Source: an uncultured Acidobacteriota bacterium (lineage in GTDB: Bacteria > Acidobacteriota > Blastocatellia > RBC074). Taken from it: a stretch of DNA of 64,000 nucleotides. The notes beneath the pieces are model-generated. The model saw only the letters and a program-made list of their open reading frames with translations. It was not told the DNA's origin and ran no database searches. The stretch is from positions 1,322,828 through 1,386,827 of the forward strand of contig CAWCKY010000006.1 of the NCBI GenBank assembly GCA_963796275.1, written 5' to 3'. Both the position numbers and the translations under genes were made by a program. Positions 50,462 through 61,611 of this stretch are shown here, piece after piece (position 1 is the stretch's first letter; each line of letters begins with the position of its first letter).

Positions 50462-50654
50462 GATAAGGACGAAAATCAAAACCTCAAATTCCCTGACCGC
50501 AGAGGATTTTGTGGGCGCTTCGTTACGGAGCGCTGAAGGCGCGCCAGATAATAGCCATGGGGTTCACCCCTGTCAAACCAGCAAATTTAAAATATAAAAT
50601 TTAAAATTCCAGATCTGCCCTCTGTGGCTGGAGTTCTCTCCTGGACATTCTTGT

Positions 50655-52034
50655 ATGGGATCAAAATTACAGATGATCGACCGCGAGCCATCGATCTCGA
50701 TCGGATTGATGACCGGCGTTCAAAAAGTAAACTTCGAGTTGAAAGGCAAGTTTGCCGGCAGCGATGGCGCACAATTTAATGCTGGAAGTTATCGCGCGAC
50801 GGTGGATTCTACTTCGATTGAAATAAGCGATTCCATCGGTAACCGGCTCGGCGTGTTTCCAGATTTTCAATGGGCGCCGGCCGATCCCGGTTTTTCCTTC
50901 GTAATTCACGACGTCCTGATCGGCATCGATTTTCACTGGGAGCGAAAAGAGGCCGAGGAGTTTCAAGGCAGGCTTCGAATCAAACTCGATTCGACCGCTG
51001 CTTCCTTGATCGTCATTAACGAAATCGCGGTTGAATCGTATCTGATCAGTGTGATCTCCTCCGAGATGAGCGCGGGCGCCCATCCCGAGTTGCTCAAGGC
51101 TCATTCGATAATTTCGCGGAGCTGGCTGTTGGCCCAGCTGGAGCAATGGAAAGGCCCACACCAGACGGCATCAGTTTCAGCGCAGCTTAGCCGCGATCCG
51201 AATCTATTGATTCGCTGGTATGATCGGGAAAATCATGCAGAGTTTGATATCTGTGCATATGATCATTGCCAGCGTTATCACGGGATCACCAAAGCCACTT
51301 CGCCGTCGGTATTCGAGGCTGTTCGATCGACTCACGGCCAGGTGCTGGCTTACGATGGGATGCTTTGTGATGCGCGTTATTCGAAATCATGCGGCGGCAT
51401 GACTGAAAGCTATTCGGCCGCCTGGAATGATGAGGAGGTCCCTTACCTGGCGGTCTCCTATGACGGTGAATCATTTCCCGTCGGATATAATTTGCCGTTG
51501 AGCGATGAGACTAATGCCGACGCGTGGATCCGCAATTCCCCACCCGCATTCTGTAACACAAACGATCGAAATATCCTGAATAAGATTCTCCCTGATTTCG
51601 ATCAGGAGACAACTGATTTCTATCGGTGGCGGGTGGTCTTAAAACAGGAAGGTTTGCAGGAATTGCTGCGCAAAAAGCTCGGGGTCGATTTCGGCGCCAT
51701 CCTGCGTCTCGACCCGGTAGAGCGCGGCAGGTCGGGACGGATCGTCAAATTGATGATCGCGGGTGAACGGAAAACGATGATCGTCGGTAAGGAGCTTGAG
51801 ATCAGGCGGGCGCTTTCCCCCTCTCACCTTTACAGTTCGGCCTTCGTGGTAGAGAGCGGCGAAGATCATCCGCCATCGCATTTCACCTTGATCGGAGCGG
51901 GGTGGGGCCACGGCGTTGGCCTTTGTCAGATCGGTGCGGCGTTGATGGCGGAGCGGGGGTATAATAACAGGGAGATTCTGGCACATTATTATCGCGGGAC
52001 TGAGCTGCAAACGCTTTATCAGGGCGATGAGTGA
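50655..52034 (+). CDS. SpoIID/LytB domain protein
   Basis: VESYLISVISSEM, DHCQRYHG, YSKSCGGMTE and GHGVGLCQIGA are the conserved SpoIID blocks. Confidence 0.85.
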   Translation: MGSKLQMIDREPSISIGLMTGVQKVNFELKGKFAGSDGAQFNAGSYRATVDSTSIEISDSIGNRLGVFPDFQWAPADPGFSFVIHDVLIGIDFHWERKEAEEFQGRLRIKLDSTAASLIVINEIAVESYLISVISSEMSAGAHPELLKAHSIISRSWLLAQLEQWKGPHQTASVSAQLSRDPNLLIRWYDRENHAEFDICAYDHCQRYHGITKATSPSVFEAVRSTHGQVLAYDGMLCDARYSKSCGGMTESYSAAWNDEEVPYLAVSYDGESFPVGYNLPLSDETNADAWIRNSPPAFCNTNDRNILNKILPDFDQETTDFYRWRVVLKQEGLQELLRKKLGVDFGAILRLDPVERGRSGRIVKLMIAGERKTMIVGKELEIRRALSPSHLYSSAFVVESGEDHPPSHFTLIGAGWGHGVGLCQIGAALMAERGYNNREILAHYYRGTELQTLYQGDE

Positions 52035-52177
52035 GAAAATTCAGGACCGAGGAATTGTTCTTCCTAAATCCCTGAACGAATTTTGCAGACCTTCTGTCGT
52101 TTGGAGTTCCGCGTTTACGCGGTCTTCTCCGCGGCTGGAGTTACGTTTGGCACAGGGGTAATTAATCAATAAGAATA

Positions 52178-52447
52178 ATGACGAGCGATTTCTATCAAGT
52201 CGGATTGATAGATCGCCGGCGGTTACTTGCGGATGTGGGATTCTTCCGAAATGATCTGCGCATCTGGGCTCATCCGGACGGGCGTGCTGTCGGCGAAGGC
52301 ATAGCGTCCGCATTGACTGACGATGCATTCTATCGTTTCCTGAAGATCGATTTGCCGGTGAGAGCGGTTGACGAAGACGGACAAATAGACGAATCTTATC
52401 CTGAAAACGGAAACTCAAAGACGGGAACTAAGCACTCTACAATTTAA
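52178..52447 (+). CDS. possible small hypothetical protein (89 aa)
   Basis: The composition looks more protein-like than the Arg/Ser-rich antisense ORF 52041..52418. It has no recognisable motif and no clear RBS. Confidence 0.3.
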   Translation: MTSDFYQVGLIDRRRLLADVGFFRNDLRIWAHPDGRAVGEGIASALTDDAFYRFLKIDLPVRAVDEDGQIDESYPENGNSKTGTKHSTI

Positions 52448-52485
52448 TATCGTAATCTTCCCCCGGTGCACCCGGAAAATATTCA

Positions 52486-53301
52486 GTGGAGGCAACTTTG
52501 AGAAGAACTGCTGCACTGCTAACGCTGTTATTCTGTCTATTGCTCATCGTTTCTTCTGCCCAGAGCCAGCGGTTTCCCTCGCGTGAGGAATTCAGACGTC
52601 CCAGGAACATGCCCAATGGTTCGAACAATATTGGCGAGTTCACCTTTGCGCGGCTGCGTTATGGTTCGGGGGTTTCCGCCTCCCGTTTTTATCGCCGGTC
52701 TCGCTGGGACACCGATCATCCGAAAGCCGACGAGCAATTCATCTATGGGTTGCGCAGTTGGGTTCGCAGCGGTCTCCGGATATCGGATGAACCTACAACC
52801 GTTTCACCTGAAGAGAAGGAAATTTTCCAGCTCCCATTCATCTATATTGTCGAGCCGGGATATATGGAGCTATCAACAGAAGACGCGGCCAACCTGCGCG
52901 AATATCTGCTCCGAGGCGGGTTTCTGATGCTCGACGACTTCTGGGGCACATGGGAGTGGGAGAATGTGCGCGAGCAGATGCACAAAGTCTTTCCCGAATA
53001 TCAGATCCGTAATCTCCCGCTCGATCATCCGGTCTTTCACTGCTATTTCGACATCGACGAAGTGCTTCAGGTTCCTCAAGTCGGTTATATTAACAGCGGC
53101 ATAACATACGAACGGGACGGATATGTGCCTTACTACATGGGCATCAGTGACGAGAATGACCGGTTGATGGTCTTCATCGCGCGCAATGCCGACAATGGCG
53201 ATGCATGGGAGTGGATCGATTTACCGCAATATCCGCTGAAGTACGGGCTGGGTGCTTACCGTCTGGGGATGAATGTGATCGTTTATGCCATGACTCACTA
53301 A
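52486..53301 (+). CDS. DUF4159 domain protein
   Basis: [10 protein letters not shown]...[12 protein letters not shown]...[36 protein letters not shown]...HPVFH matches the DUF4159 pattern as I recall it. Confidence 0.75.
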   Translation: MEATLRRTAALLTLLFCLLLIVSSAQSQRFPSREEFRRPRNMPNGSNNIGEFTFARLRYGSGVSASRFYRRSRWDTDHPKADEQFIYGLRSWVRSGLRISDEPTTVSPEEKEIFQLPFIYIVEPGYMELSTEDAANLREYLLRGGFLMLDDFWGTWEWENVREQMHKVFPEYQIRNLPLDHPVFHCYFDIDEVLQVPQVGYINSGITYERDGYVPYYMGISDENDRLMVFIARNADNGDAWEWIDLPQYPLKYGLGAYRLGMNVIVYAMTH

Positions 53302-53306
53302 ACCGA

Positions 53307-53390
53307 GGAACTGGATAATTGATAGTTGATAATTCAAATATTCTGAAGCAACAATTATTACGAACTATCAACTATTAATTATCCAGTTCC
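53307..53390. terminator. imperfect ~28-nt inverted repeat made of GATAATT/GATAGTT heptads between convergent genes
   Basis: GGAACTGGATAATTGATAGTTGATAATT (53307-53334) pairs with GAACTATCAACTATTAATTATCCAGTTCC (53362-53390). Confidence 0.65.
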
Positions 53391-53405
53391 CCAGTTGCTC
53401 TCTCT

Positions 53406-55352
53406 TTATTCGAGCGGTAGAGAAGTAACGAGCGAGAATCTGTAATTAAAGGCTAGGTTTCGATCCCACGTTATTCCGCCATTGACCGATGTATGTGACA
53501 TACTCGGTGTCGGTCCGGTACTACTCAAGCCAATGAGGGGGGGCTGCCCGTTGGCCCCGGGATAAGGTATTGTAGTGGGAACCTGAAGGACGATGAATAG
53601 ATTCTGAATACTGCCATCGGCAATCCCATTCTGCACTTTCCGGCCTAATGACCACGGGTTCTTGAAATAGAATGGCGCCAGATCGCCATCCTGCCCGACA
53701 AATCCGTTTTTTACCTCCAGCGGGTTGGCCAGATCGATCGACACGGTATTGTCCGGATTTTCCACACCAGTCGTCAGCATCGCTTTCGCGTAGACCGGAA
53801 CGGTCGAAGCGTCAAAGACATTGGTATCGAAAGCCACACCCTGAATCAATATCTCACCGCCGGGATTGATCGCAGTGATCTGTGATGCCTTTATCTGCAT
53901 AGCAAACAGTGTCCCTGGCTGAAGATTGAGGAAGCCAATCCCGTTTAGCGGTCCAAAGTTATTGATATTGATCGAGTCGGCGGTGACGATATCGATGCCG
54001 GACCGCGTCAACCCGAGTATAGAGAGGATAGGTTTACGTTGACTGAGCTTGAATTCCCGCGCATCCTCCAAAACTCCGTTGTGAAATTCCTCATTGAAGT
54101 TCTGTTGTCCAAAGATGGTGCCTAACTGTGTTGTGAGGCCGACTGAGGTGGCAGGCACCGGCGAGCCGTCCACCGGTTGTGCCCCCACCGCGTAGAGACC
54201 CGTGGGAACCGGGATCACATAGTTGCCGTTGAGAATGTGAAAGGCCGGGTCATTTAGAATACCCAAGCCGCCCGTCGCTGGATTGTAAAGAACCTGGGTA
54301 GTGCCGCTGAAGCCGCTGGCGACGACATCATCGGTCAGATACTTAACGGCGAACACATTACCGCCGGCGATCGGTTGATTCAGTACGCCGTGCCGTAGTT
54401 CGCCTTTGAGCAGACCATATCTCAATTTGAATGGGATATCGCCCGACCGGATCGCCGCGGGTCCGGATGAAGCCGTGCCTTCGGGATAGAAGTAAGAGCT
54501 CCAGGCGATATCATCCGAGCTCAATGTACGCTGCGCAAGCTCGGCGACCGGATCACCGGTGTCGATGAAGGGAAACATGGTCGCCCCATTACCATCATCG
54601 TCATCGAGTTGATTTTCGAGCGTGTGAGAGAGGCCGTGAGAGTGACCGAACTCGTGAACGGCGACCGCAAAAAGATCGACTGAACGCCCGATCACGTCCG
54701 CATCCGCATCGGCGGTTGTAAATCGGAAGCCGAAGGTCGCATTCGGGTTAAAAGTAATATCGTTGTCCAGAATGCTGCCGGCCTTATAGAAGCCCGCGGG
54801 AAATTCTATGTCGCCGTCTTTGTCGACATCGGTGGTGACGCTGATGTCGTCGGAGACATCGGAGTCACCGTCGCCGTCGATATCGTCTCCGTCGGCCATT
54901 TCGGTGTCCGCTATCAAACTGACCGAGGGCGATGAGGCGATTGCCATAAAGGTGTTCGGGGCACGGAACGTCACCTCATTGACGAAATCGAATCCGGCAA
55001 ACCCGGTATTCCCGGTCGTTCCGGTGATCCGCATATCGATGAACGAGGTTGGTATCCTGTTCCAGGCATCGAAGGCAGCCTGAAAGGTCGCCCGCGCAGC
55101 ATCCGCTGATAAGAACGGCGCACCGAGCGGGTTGGGGATGGGGTCCAGCGAGTTATTCATGCTGTATTTCACGGGGATGGATCGTGAATCCCATTTATAA
55201 CCGATCACTCGCGCGGCGATCTGGCCTGGTATCGGTGACGGGACATTGCCCGTTATGTCAATGGTCTCGAGGGCGCCGCCCGCTGGAACCGAGGCCGCAT
55301 TCGCTAGCAGTAAGCAGACGATGAGGCAAAATGAAAGAGTTTTTCTTTGCAT
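53406..55352 (-). CDS. secreted metzincin (matrixin/M10-like) metalloprotease with acidic Ca-binding-type repeats
   Basis: It has a signal peptide and the zinc motif VAVHEFGHSHGLSH (HExxHxxGxxH). An acidic DGDDIDGDGDSDVSDD...DVDKDGD stretch lies upstream of it, and a ~350-aa C-terminal beta-rich region follows. Confidence 0.8.
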   Translation of the reverse strand: MQRKTLSFCLIVCLLLANAASVPAGGALETIDITGNVPSPIPGQIAARVIGYKWDSRSIPVKYSMNNSLDPIPNPLGAPFLSADAARATFQAAFDAWNRIPTSFIDMRITGTTGNTGFAGFDFVNEVTFRAPNTFMAIASSPSVSLIADTEMADGDDIDGDGDSDVSDDISVTTDVDKDGDIEFPAGFYKAGSILDNDITFNPNATFGFRFTTADADADVIGRSVDLFAVAVHEFGHSHGLSHTLENQLDDDDGNGATMFPFIDTGDPVAELAQRTLSSDDIAWSSYFYPEGTASSGPAAIRSGDIPFKLRYGLLKGELRHGVLNQPIAGGNVFAVKYLTDDVVASGFSGTTQVLYNPATGGLGILNDPAFHILNGNYVIPVPTGLYAVGAQPVDGSPVPATSVGLTTQLGTIFGQQNFNEEFHNGVLEDAREFKLSQRKPILSILGLTRSGIDIVTADSININNFGPLNGIGFLNLQPGTLFAMQIKASQITAINPGGEILIQGVAFDTNVFDASTVPVYAKAMLTTGVENPDNTVSIDLANPLEVKNGFVGQDGDLAPFYFKNPWSLGRKVQNGIADGSIQNLFIVLQVPTTIPYPGANGQPPLIGLSSTGPTPSMSHTSVNGGITWDRNLAFNYRFSLVTSLPLE

Positions 55353-55407
55353 AACTTTCTCCTTGTCGATTCGATGATGAAAACCTATGGCTATAAGTGA
55401 ACGGCTG

Positions 55408-56004
55408 TTATTGCAGGTAACCTTTGATCCTCTCCTTGAATTCCGACAAGGGGGTCAGTTGTTGTTGTCCACGCATGACTCCAACAGCTCTGTTGATACG
55501 CATTTTGCTCGGGTCGCGTGAGACCATATCCTGACCTGCATCATTCTTGACAATGGAGAATTTACCCTGCGCGTATCCCATCACAGCATAGGCGTTCGCG
55601 GTGGTGTCCGCTGGCGTAAGGAAAAGAAATACATTCTCTTGCGGCTGGATCGTCGGTGCGCCCGGATAGTTCATGGCTATGGGGTGTTTTCGATTCGAAT
55701 CGATGCCACCGGGTAAAGCCACTGTGACAGTCGAAGCCGAGCCTTTGATAGCATCGCTTACCGAGATTGTTGCCAGGGTGACCAACCTGCGCCCCTCAAC
55801 CCACGTGCTGCGGGTCTCGGTACACTGACCCATGATGATCAGTTCTGAACGCTGCGTCATGTCTTGCATCGTTAGATCGGTTGACGTGGTAACTGATGCC
55901 ATCTGATCTGGCTGTTGCTGATTGATCGCCCGGCTCGTTCGTAGGCTCGCAACGACGAAGGCGATCAGGAGAGAACAACAGACAGCAAGAACCGCTTTTT
56001 TCAT
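55408..56004 (-). CDS. secreted hypothetical protein (198 aa)
   Basis: It has an N-terminal signal/anchor, MKKAVLAVCCSLLIAFVVA. It lies 55 nt upstream of, and co-directional with, the metzincin gene. No motif was recognised. Confidence 0.6.
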   Translation of the reverse strand: MKKAVLAVCCSLLIAFVVASLRTSRAINQQQPDQMASVTTSTDLTMQDMTQRSELIIMGQCTETRSTWVEGRRLVTLATISVSDAIKGSASTVTVALPGGIDSNRKHPIAMNYPGAPTIQPQENVFLFLTPADTTANAYAVMGYAQGKFSIVKNDAGQDMVSRDPSKMRINRAVGVMRGQQQLTPLSEFKERIKGYLQ

Positions 56005-56196
56005 TATTTACACTCCTTTGTTATGATCCGGTATGGAATTTTGATGTTTCAACTGGAATACGTATGGGCTGTATATATCAGTTTTCGGGAAGCCGGTGAG
56101 GGCTTTGTGAGGGTGTTCCCGCCTGCATTTTATATAATTAAGCGCGCGTTTTTACAATGGAGATCAGACCTGAGGCACAAGTCCGGATAGATTTCT

Positions 56197-56882
56197 TTAA
56201 ACTACGAATTTATACCCGACCCGATGTACTGTAATGATGTGCCTGGGATCGCTTGGCGTCTCTTCGATCTTTTGTCTCAGTTTTGCGATGTGCATATCGA
56301 CTGTGCGAGTGAGCGGGAAACTGCCGTAGCCCCAAACCGAATCGAGAAGCTGGTCGCGCGTGATAACCTCGCCGCGGTGCTCAATGAAGAACCTGAGGAT
56401 ATTGAACTCGCGCGGAGACATCTCCAGAGGGACGCCTCCCTTTGTCACCTCGAACTTCTTGAAATTGACGGCCACATCTCCGAAGCGGAAATCATCAGTA
56501 GTTTCCGCTTGACGGTTCGTGCGGCGGAGCAGCGCTTCGACGCGAGCCATCAGTTCCATAAAGCTGAATGGTTTGGTGACATAATCGTCCGCTCCTATCT
56601 TCAGTCCGACGACTTTGTCAATTTCCTGACCGCGAGCCGTCGAGCATGATGATCGGTGTGGCGTTGCCCGTGTTGCGCAGTTGTTTGCAGACATCGAAAC
56701 CGCTCACCTTGGGTAGCATGACGTCGAGGATGATCAGATCGAGTTCTCTCTCCCCGGCCATTTTCAGGCCGGCGAGGCCGTCACGCGCTACCTGCACGGC
56801 ATAGCCTTCGTACTCGAATCCGTCGCGCAGCGCGACCGCCATCGCCTGGTCGTCTTCTACTATCAATACTTTTCCGGTCATC

Positions 56883-56899
<17 letters not shown>
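56197..56899 (-). pseudogene. OmpR-family response regulator split by a +1 insertion near 56641
   Basis: 56618..56899 encodes REC up to ...TPIIML. 56197..56694 continues with [25 protein letters not shown] and a winged-helix domain ([10 protein letters not shown]). Removing one nt at ~56641 fuses them. The probable start is ATG 56881. Confidence 0.85.
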
Positions 56900-58622
<1,723 letters not shown>

Positions 58623-58757
58623 TTCTCCTCTAGCGAGCGCCGATAAGCGCAGCTTTTATGACCCGACGGCGCAAGCCCGCAAGCCGGTTGTTCTGCCTAC
58701 CGCGCACATTTCTTTGTGCGAGCCCGTCCAAAAACAGGAACGGTCACATAACCCATT

Positions 58758-58777
58758 GATGTATACAAGTATACATC
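58758..58777. promoter_or_regulatory. perfect 9+9 palindrome GATGTATAC-AA-GTATACATC
   Basis: Read directly. It lies in the divergent region between the kinase operon and the 58944 gene. Confidence 0.5.
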
Positions 58778-58814
58778 GAATCAAACATCCGCAGCTGAGC
58801 TGGCGTCACCCGAT

Positions 58815-58869
58815 TTTACAGAACGTTTACATCTTTTACCTGATTTTACCGGGGTTTGACGACATTTAC
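58815..58869. promoter_or_regulatory. six TTTAC/TTTGAC direct repeats phased at ~10-nt intervals
   Basis: The repeats start at 58815, 58826, 58835, 58845, 58855 (TTTGAC) and 58865, giving spacings of 11, 9, 10, 10 and 10 nt. Confidence 0.5.
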
Positions 58870-58943
58870 CAAAACTATTGCCATACTATAAATACACAAT
58901 AAACAAGATATGGAGAAGGAACAACAAGGAGGAAGAGTCCAGG

Positions 58944-59945
58944 ATGGGAAGCGAAGCTATCGGTCAAAATGCGCCGGCATATCAACCGCGTCCGGCGTTA
59001 ACTCTCGTTGATAGCCAGCGGGTCGTCTCATATGAAAGCTATGAGTGTTTCGCCGGTGTCAGCACCAATGTTGCAGATCTGAAAACGTTCATAGGCGTGC
59101 ATGCCGCTCAGTTGCATCCGGTCCTCGTCATCGGCGAACGCGGCTTGCGGCAGGAACAGGCGGCGCGGGTATTGCATCAGGCGAGCGCGCAATGGGCGCA
59201 GCCTTTCTTCGCGGTCAATGCCCACGGGCTGAGCGCTGAAGCGTTGCATAATTTGTTATTCGGTCCGCAGGGCATGATCGAAAACGTCAAACGCGGAACG
59301 ATCTATATCAATGAACTGACGTGTTTGCCGCTTCTGTTGCAGCAACGCTTCGCCGTATACCTGGAGGAACAACGATGGCGAGAACGCGGAGCGCAACCTG
59401 CGCAACAAAGGCTGGTCTTCGCTTCCGAGTGGAACCCGTCCGACAGATCGGCTGAAAACCGCATCGCTTACGGCCTCATAGAGATGCTTCGCCCGTTCAG
59501 CTTCACTATCAGGCCCCTGCGAGAACGCGGAGAGGATATCCCTTATCTGGCGAAGCTCCTGGTGACGCGGATTTCTCAACGCATGAAAAAAGGCGTCCAC
59601 GAGCTGACCCAGGGAGCCATCGATGCGCTTATGGAATATCAGTGGTCCGAGAATATCGATGAGCTCGAGGCGGCGCTCGAGGGAGCCATTGCCATTCTGC
59701 CGCCGCAGCAGATCGATGAATCCGTGCTGCCGCCGCGCATCAGGTATGCTCGACTGAAATCAATTCCGCCGGACGGTGTCGATCTGCCTCAGATCGTCGA
59801 TGAATACGAGCGCGAACTCATCGCCACGGCGTTGCGACAGAGCGGGGGAAGCCAGACGAAAGCCTCGAAGCTGCTCGGGCTGCGCGTGCAGACCTTAAAT
59901 ATGAAGCTCAAACGGTATGCAGATCAGGCGAGGCCCTTGCTCTGA
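58944..59945 (+). CDS. sigma54-activator-like (AAA+) protein with degenerate ATPase motifs and a C-terminal Fis-type HTH
   Basis: The Walker A position reads GERGLRQE rather than GxxGxGKE, and no GAFTGA is present. The Walker B position reads IYINEL rather than hhhDE. The HTH is GGSQTKASKLLGLRVQTLNMKLKRY. AAGGAGGA lies upstream of ATG 58944. Confidence 0.75.
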   Translation: MGSEAIGQNAPAYQPRPALTLVDSQRVVSYESYECFAGVSTNVADLKTFIGVHAAQLHPVLVIGERGLRQEQAARVLHQASAQWAQPFFAVNAHGLSAEALHNLLFGPQGMIENVKRGTIYINELTCLPLLLQQRFAVYLEEQRWRERGAQPAQQRLVFASEWNPSDRSAENRIAYGLIEMLRPFSFTIRPLRERGEDIPYLAKLLVTRISQRMKKGVHELTQGAIDALMEYQWSENIDELEAALEGAIAILPPQQIDESVLPPRIRYARLKSIPPDGVDLPQIVDEYERELIATALRQSGGSQTKASKLLGLRVQTLNMKLKRYADQARPLL

Positions 59946-60087
59946 AGGATCTGAAGGATATGAATGCTCTGAATGCTCTTAACCGGGCCGCAGTCGCCGC
60001 AGGCATCGTGGCAATTGCAGGAGATCACGGTCGGGCAAGCTGATTTATGGTTTGCCGCCGCGGTGCCTGCGAGGGCTGCGGCCCCCT

Positions 60088-60188
60088 ATCATTTATCATT
60101 TTACATTTGTCATATTATATTTTTCATTGAAGAAGCTGCATATCTTCAATGAAAAATGTAAAATTACAAATGTAAAATGATAAATGAT
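60088..60188. terminator. nested perfect inverted repeats (23-bp outer and 14-bp inner stems) between convergent genes
   Basis: The outer arms are ATCATTTATCATTTTACATTTGT (60088-60110) and ACAAATGTAAAATGATAAATGAT (60166-60188). The inner arms are TTTTTCATTGAAGA (60120-33) and TCTTCAATGAAAAA (60143-56). Confidence 0.8.
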
Positions 60189-60206
60189 AACAATCTTTTC
60201 CCACAC

Positions 60207-61524
60207 TTAATCGTAGTATTCCAATCCCAGATGGGTAATCAGCTCCTCGCCACGCAGATGCCGCAACGTATTCTTCAATTTCATCAACTGGATGAAGAGA
60301 TCGTGTTCCGGATAAAGCTGCGGCGCACACATCGGGCTCTTGAAGTAGAATGATAGCCACTCCTGTATTCCCCTCATTCCAACGCGCTGAGCCAGATCCA
60401 TGAAGAGAGCCAGATCGAGCACAATTGGCGCAGCCAGGATCGAGTCGCGGCAGAGGAAATCGATCTTTATCTGCATTGGGTAGCCCAGCCATCCGAAAAT
60501 ATCGATATTGTCCCATCCCTCTTTGTTGTCACCGCGCGGCGGATAATAGTTGATTCGGACGAGATGCGAGAAGTCGCCGTAGAGAGTGGGATAGACTTGA
60601 GGTTGAAGGATGTATTCGAGCACCGAAAGCTTCGATTCCTCTTTGGTCTTGAATGAGCCGGGATCGTCGAGCACCTCCCCGTCGCGGTTCCCCAGGATAT
60701 TGGTTGAATACCATCCGTGCAGGCCCAACATCCGCGCTTTCAGGCCGGGCGCCAGGATCGTCTTCATAAGGGTCTGGCCGGTTTTAAAATCCTTCCCGCA
60801 GATCGGCAGGTTTTCTTTCTCCGCCAGATCGGTCAGAGCCGGAATGTCAACTGTCAGGTTCGGCGCGCCATTGGCGAAACCCACGCCGGATTTGAGCGCG
60901 GCGTAAGCATAGATCATAGATGGGGCAATCGCCTTATGGTTCTCACGCATCGCCTTTTCAAATGCGTCGAGCGACTTATGAACCGCGTGCTGCTTGATAA
61001 AGACTTCGGTCGACCCGCACCAGTATCATGACCATCCGCGAGCACCTGTTCTTCTTCTTGAACTGAGCGATGTCTTCCATCAACTGCCGGGCCAGGTCCA
61101 TCTTATTCTTGCCCTTCTTGACATGCGTTCCGCTCAGGCGTTTGACATAATCTTGCTCGAAGACGGCGGGCATCGGCTTGATCTTCGAGAGCTGCGACTT
61201 GAGTTGGACGAGCAGCTCCTTCTCGATGACGCCCGCCTGCATTGCGGCGTCGTAACAGTTCTCTTCGAAAATGTCCCAGGCGCCGAAGACCAGATCATCG
61301 ATCTCAGCGAGCGGGACGAAATCTTTGATGAGTGGCGAACGGCCGTCTGTGCGCTTACCGAGACGGATCGTGCCCATCTGTGTGAGACTTCCAATAGGTT
61401 TCGCCAGGCCCTTGCGTAGTGCCTCGATGCCGGCGATGAAAGTGGTTGTCACTGCGCCCATTCCGACAAGCAGAACGCCCAGTTTGCCCTTCGGTTCAGT
61501 TACAGGTGCGCCTTTTTCGAACAT
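60207..61524 (-). pseudogene. inositol-3-phosphate synthase split by a +1 insertion near 61023
   Basis: 60976..61524 gives the N-terminus (GVLLVGMGAVTTTFIAG...). 60207..60950 gives the C-terminus. Removing the base at 61023 restores ...SRMVMI-WCGSTEVFIKQHAVHKSLDAFEKAMRENHKAIAPS. Confidence 0.85.
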
Positions 61525-61611
61525 TTTGAATGCTCCTTGGAAAATAGTTGGGAATACCGCCTTTAGTCGACTGAACTCTAACCGCCTGAAGGCAAAACTC
61601 CGAATGCGTTT

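Noticed and set aside
52041-52418. A 125-aa minus-strand ORF in the SpoIID/DUF4159 gap.
   Set aside because: It has Arg/Ser/Pro-rich composition and no RBS. The overlapping plus-strand 89-aa frame looks more protein-like, though it is itself weakly supported.
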